Shown in pieces: positions 60,380 to 64,000 of a stretch of 64,000 nucleotides of DNA (its first letter is position 1; each line of letters starts with the position of its first letter). The notes below the pieces were generated by a model, which did not search any database, was not told where the DNA came from, and was given only the letters and a program-made list of their open reading frames with translations. The stretch is from Chiloscyllium plagiosum (Eukaryota): positions 2,097,267 to 2,161,266 of the forward strand of contig NC_057719.1 in NCBI RefSeq assembly GCF_004010195.1, in the 5' to 3' direction. A program made the translations under genes and the position numbers.

Positions 60380-62360
60380 AGTAATGGAGCAGCAGGAAAT
60401 GGCAGAAGAGTTGAGCAGAACTTTTCACAGTAGAAGACACCAGTAACATTCCACAATGACCGAATAATCAAGGAGCAAAGGGAGAGAACAAAATAAATTC
60501 TCTTTCTTTACTCAGAGAGTAGTAGGGGTGGGGAACGCTCTGCCTGCAACAGTCGTAGAACTCACAAACTTTAAGGGCATTTAAATGGTCGTTGGATAGA
60601 CATAGGGACGTGAATGGAATAGTGTAGGTTAGATGGGCTCGAGATTGGTTTCACAGGTCGGTGCATCACCGAGGAATGAAGGGTCTGGACTGCGCTGTAA
60701 TGTTCTATGTTCTAACTATAAAACCTATCATTAAAGAAAATGTGCCAGGGATTGTAAAGGTTGATCTATTCCCTGGACGCGATGGGCTGCATCTTTAGAT
60801 GTTAAAAGAAGCAGCCACAGAGATAGTGGATGTAGTCATAGCAATCTTCCAGGATTTATGTGGGTTCTGAAAAACCGCTGATGTAGTACCTTTATTTTAA
60901 AAAGGAGGGACACAAAAAACAGGTAACTCTCGGCCAGTTATCAGGAAATATGTTATAAAGACTGTAAACATGAGCATTTAGAAATGCATAATATGATCAC
61001 ACAGAGACAATGTGGCTTCATGGAGGGGAAATCATGTCTGATAAATTTATCAGAATTCTTTGAGGAGTTAAGAAGTGGGATAGATCAAGATGAAATGGTA
61101 AATGTAATATATTGGATTTTCAGAAGACATTCAATAAGGTATCACACATTAGACTACTTAATAAAATACAAAGAGCCCATGGTGTTGGAGGTAGTATATT
61201 GGCATGGAGAGAGGATTGGCTAACTAATAGAAGACAGAGAGTTGGGATAAGGGAGGCATCTTCAGGAAGGCGACCTTAATTAGTGGAGTGCCTCAGTTAA
61301 TTGCCATATATATTAATGACTTAGATCAGGAAAGTGAATGTTATTGGAGCCACGTTTGCAATGGGAAGGCAAGTGGTCAGGATGACAAAAAAAATATCTG
61401 CACACTGGGTAAGTGAGTGGGCAAAAACTTGGCAATTGGAATCTACTGTGGACAAATGTGAGGTTCTGCACTTTGGCAGGAAGAATAGAGGAGCTGAATA
61501 TTATTTCAGTGCAGAAAACTACAGAACAGAGCAATTTGAAAGTCCAGATGCATAAATCTGATAAAGCTAGTGTATAAGTTCTGCCAGTAATAGGGAAGGT
61601 AAATAGAACATTGGCCTTCATTTCAAAGGGAATGGAGTATAAAATTAGGGAGGTCTTGCTAAAATTATACAAATCACTAGTCAGACCACAGACTGGAATA
61701 CTGTGAACAATTTTTGGGCCCTTCATCTAAGGAAAGACAGACCGACATTGAGGCAGTCCAGAGAAAGGTCTCTAGGCTGATCCTAGATATGGAGTGACTG
61801 ACTTAGGAGAAGAGGTTGAATTCTCAGAAGCCTGTACTCATTGTAATTTAGAAGAATTAGAGGTGACCTCTTTGAAACAGACAGTGATTCTTAGGGGACT
61901 TGACAGGGGGGATGTTAAGTTGTTTTCCCTTGTGAGAATGTCTGGGACCAGAGGGCGTCGCTTCAGAATAAGGGATTGCTTTTTTAAGACAGGTGAGGAG
62001 GAATTTCTTCCCAGGGTGGTCAGTTTGTTGAATTCTTCACCACAGAGCACTGTTGACACTGGCTCGTTCAGTATATCCAAGGCTGAGAGAGATGGATTTT
62101 TAAATCAGGAAGGGAATCCAGGGTTGTGGGGGAAAAGGCAAGAAAGTGAAGCTGAGGATTATTAAATCAGCCATTGAATACTGGAGCAGGCTTGATGGGC
62201 TGAATGTCATTGCGAGTGTGTTGCTGGAAAAGCACAGCAGGTCAGGTAGCATCCGAGGAGCAGGAGAATCGACGTTTTAGGCATAAGCCCTTCATCAGGA
62301 ATGAGGCTTGTCTTGATGGGCTGAATGGCCGACTTCTACTGCTGTGTATTATCGTGTTCT
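60380..62360 (+). mobile_element. Degenerate CR1 (~2 kb) with a nested CR1 tail (~60500-60715)
   Basis: QCGFMEGKSCLINLSEFFE, DKCEVLHFGRKN, LYKSLVRP, RVVSLLNSSP remnants. Confidence 0.88.
62207..62311 (-). mobile_element. Family A Penelope-derived element in the CR1 3' tail
   Basis: 16-bp TSD cttgatgggctgaatg at 62191-62206 and 62312-62327. Confidence 0.9.
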
Positions 62361-62769
62361 GAGGTATAGTCACTGTTGTAAGCAACATAATCACAACATT
62401 GGATTGGATTGGATACTCCTGCTGTTAAGGTTTTACTGATGCCTCATCCCAAAGAAGTATTGTTGCTCTTTATAAGTTAACAGGGGGAATGAAACAATAG
62501 AAAATATTCCCAGTTCAGTTTGGGAGCTGTACTGACTGGTTTTTTGAACAATGTGATACTAATGTTTTCAGATTCTTTCAACATGAAGATTCTGATAGAT
62601 GCAGTATAGCATGAGCTGTAGCTGATGTAATCTCTTCAATTTGAATTAAATTTTGGAAGGATTGATGGTGTTTTTTACTCAACTCCTTGATTTCGTTTTA
62701 GTCCTTATCTTCAATTGTTGTGTAATATGCTACTGTAGCTTGGTTACACTGTTGATACAATCTAGTATA

Positions 62770-63935
62770 TAGAACACAGAAGAGTATAGCACAGGAACAG
62801 GCCCTTTGGCCCATCATGTCTGTGCTGGCCATGATGTTATTGTAAACTAATCCTATCAGCCTGCACATGGCCCATATCCCTCTAATCCCTGTCTGTTCCT
62901 CTCTCTGTCTAAATGCCTCTTAAAGGTTGCAACAGTATTTGCTTCTACCACTCCCCTGGCAGTGTGTTCCAGGCACCTAACACCTTCTATGTAAAGTACC
63001 CTTTCACTTTCATATTTGACATTTACATCCTGGGGAAGAAAAAGACTCTAACTATCCACCCGATCCATGCCTCTCGTAATTTTATACACTTCTATCAGAA
63101 CATAGAACAATGCAGCGCAGAACAGGCTCTTCGGCCAGCAATGTTGTGCCGACCTGTGAACTATTCTCAGCTCGCCCCTCCTACACTATCCCAAAATCAT
63201 CCATGTGCTTATCTAAGGATTGTTTGAATCTCCCTATTGCGACTGAGTTGACCACATTAGCAGGTAGGGCATTCCACGCCCTTACCACTCTCTGCGTAAA
63301 GAACCTGCCTCTGACATCTGTCTTAAATCTATCACCCCTCAATTTGTAGTTCTGCCCTCTAATACAAGCTGACGTTATCATCCAGGTTGCCTCCTCAGCC
63401 TCCAACACTCTAGTGAAAACAATCCAAGTTTGTCTAACCCCTCCTTATAACTAATACACTCCAATCCAGGCAACATCCTGGTAAACTTCTTCTGCACCCT
63501 CTCCAAAGCCTCCACATCCTTCCTGTAGTATGATGATCAGAATTGCACAAGACACTCCAAATGTGGCCTAATCAAAGTCTTCTCCAGCTGCAACATCACT
63601 TTGCCAACTTATATACTCAGCACCCCAGCAGATGAAGGTAAACGTGCCGTATGTCTTTGTTACCACCTTATCCACTTGTGTTGCCACTTTGAGGGATTTA
63701 AGGATTTGCATCCCAAGATCCCACTGAATATCAGTACTCCCAAGAATCCTGCCACTTACTATATCTTTCCCAAAATGAGTCACCTCACACTTGTCCTGAT
63801 TAAGCTTCATTTGCCATTACTCCATCCAGCTTTCCATCTGATCTATATCCTGCTGTATCCTTACCAACTTTCCTCATTACCTACATCTCCTCCAATTTTC
63901 ATGTCGCCTGAAAACATAATAATCAGACTACCTAG
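62770..63935 (-). mobile_element. CR1 3' region with a nested younger CR1 tail (~63097-63385)
   Basis: DKCEVTHFG and RFFTQRVVRAWNALP; (agaacat)n tails. Confidence 0.88.
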
Positions 63936-64000
63936 ACTTTCATACAAATCACTATTTTCATTTTGCATTTTAAAATTTCAAAGATAAAACCCTTCAGGCC

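Noticed and set aside
90..63987. Remaining 60-160 aa ORFs in the track as host genes
   Set aside because: They are antisense or alternative frames of SINE, LINE and PLE copies, or chance ORFs with no recognisable domain.

Overview
Eukaryotic, repeat-dense genomic DNA. The repeat content (HE1/V-SINEs with CR1-type tails, Deu-like SINEs, CR1, Rex1/Babar and Penelope fragments, a ~70-bp minisatellite) points to a shark or other elasmobranch. The only host coding sequence I can support is one 52-bp internal exon on the + strand (31298-31349, RSYTLIVEAWDQDNATA). It matches exon 3 of Jagged (JAG1/JAG2) Notch ligands, so the rest of the window is probably two very long introns. The longer ORFs I can identify are decayed retrotransposon fragments. 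The most striking hidden structure is about 30 short Penelope-derived insertions in at least three families. Each family carries a minimal hammerhead-ribozyme core (CUGANGA-A-stem II-GAAA-N-NUH) with family-specific, base-pair-preserving stems. Many copies have 10-17 bp target-site duplications (TSDs), and many are fold-back palindromes centred on the ribozyme. Several locally templated duplications are also present: a ~185-bp inverted duplication fused to a CR1 5' end, an 84-bp copy with an inverted templated junction, and an exact 40-bp copy. Repeat boundaries were estimated by eye (about +/-20-50 bp), and family names come from recalled motifs, not database searches.
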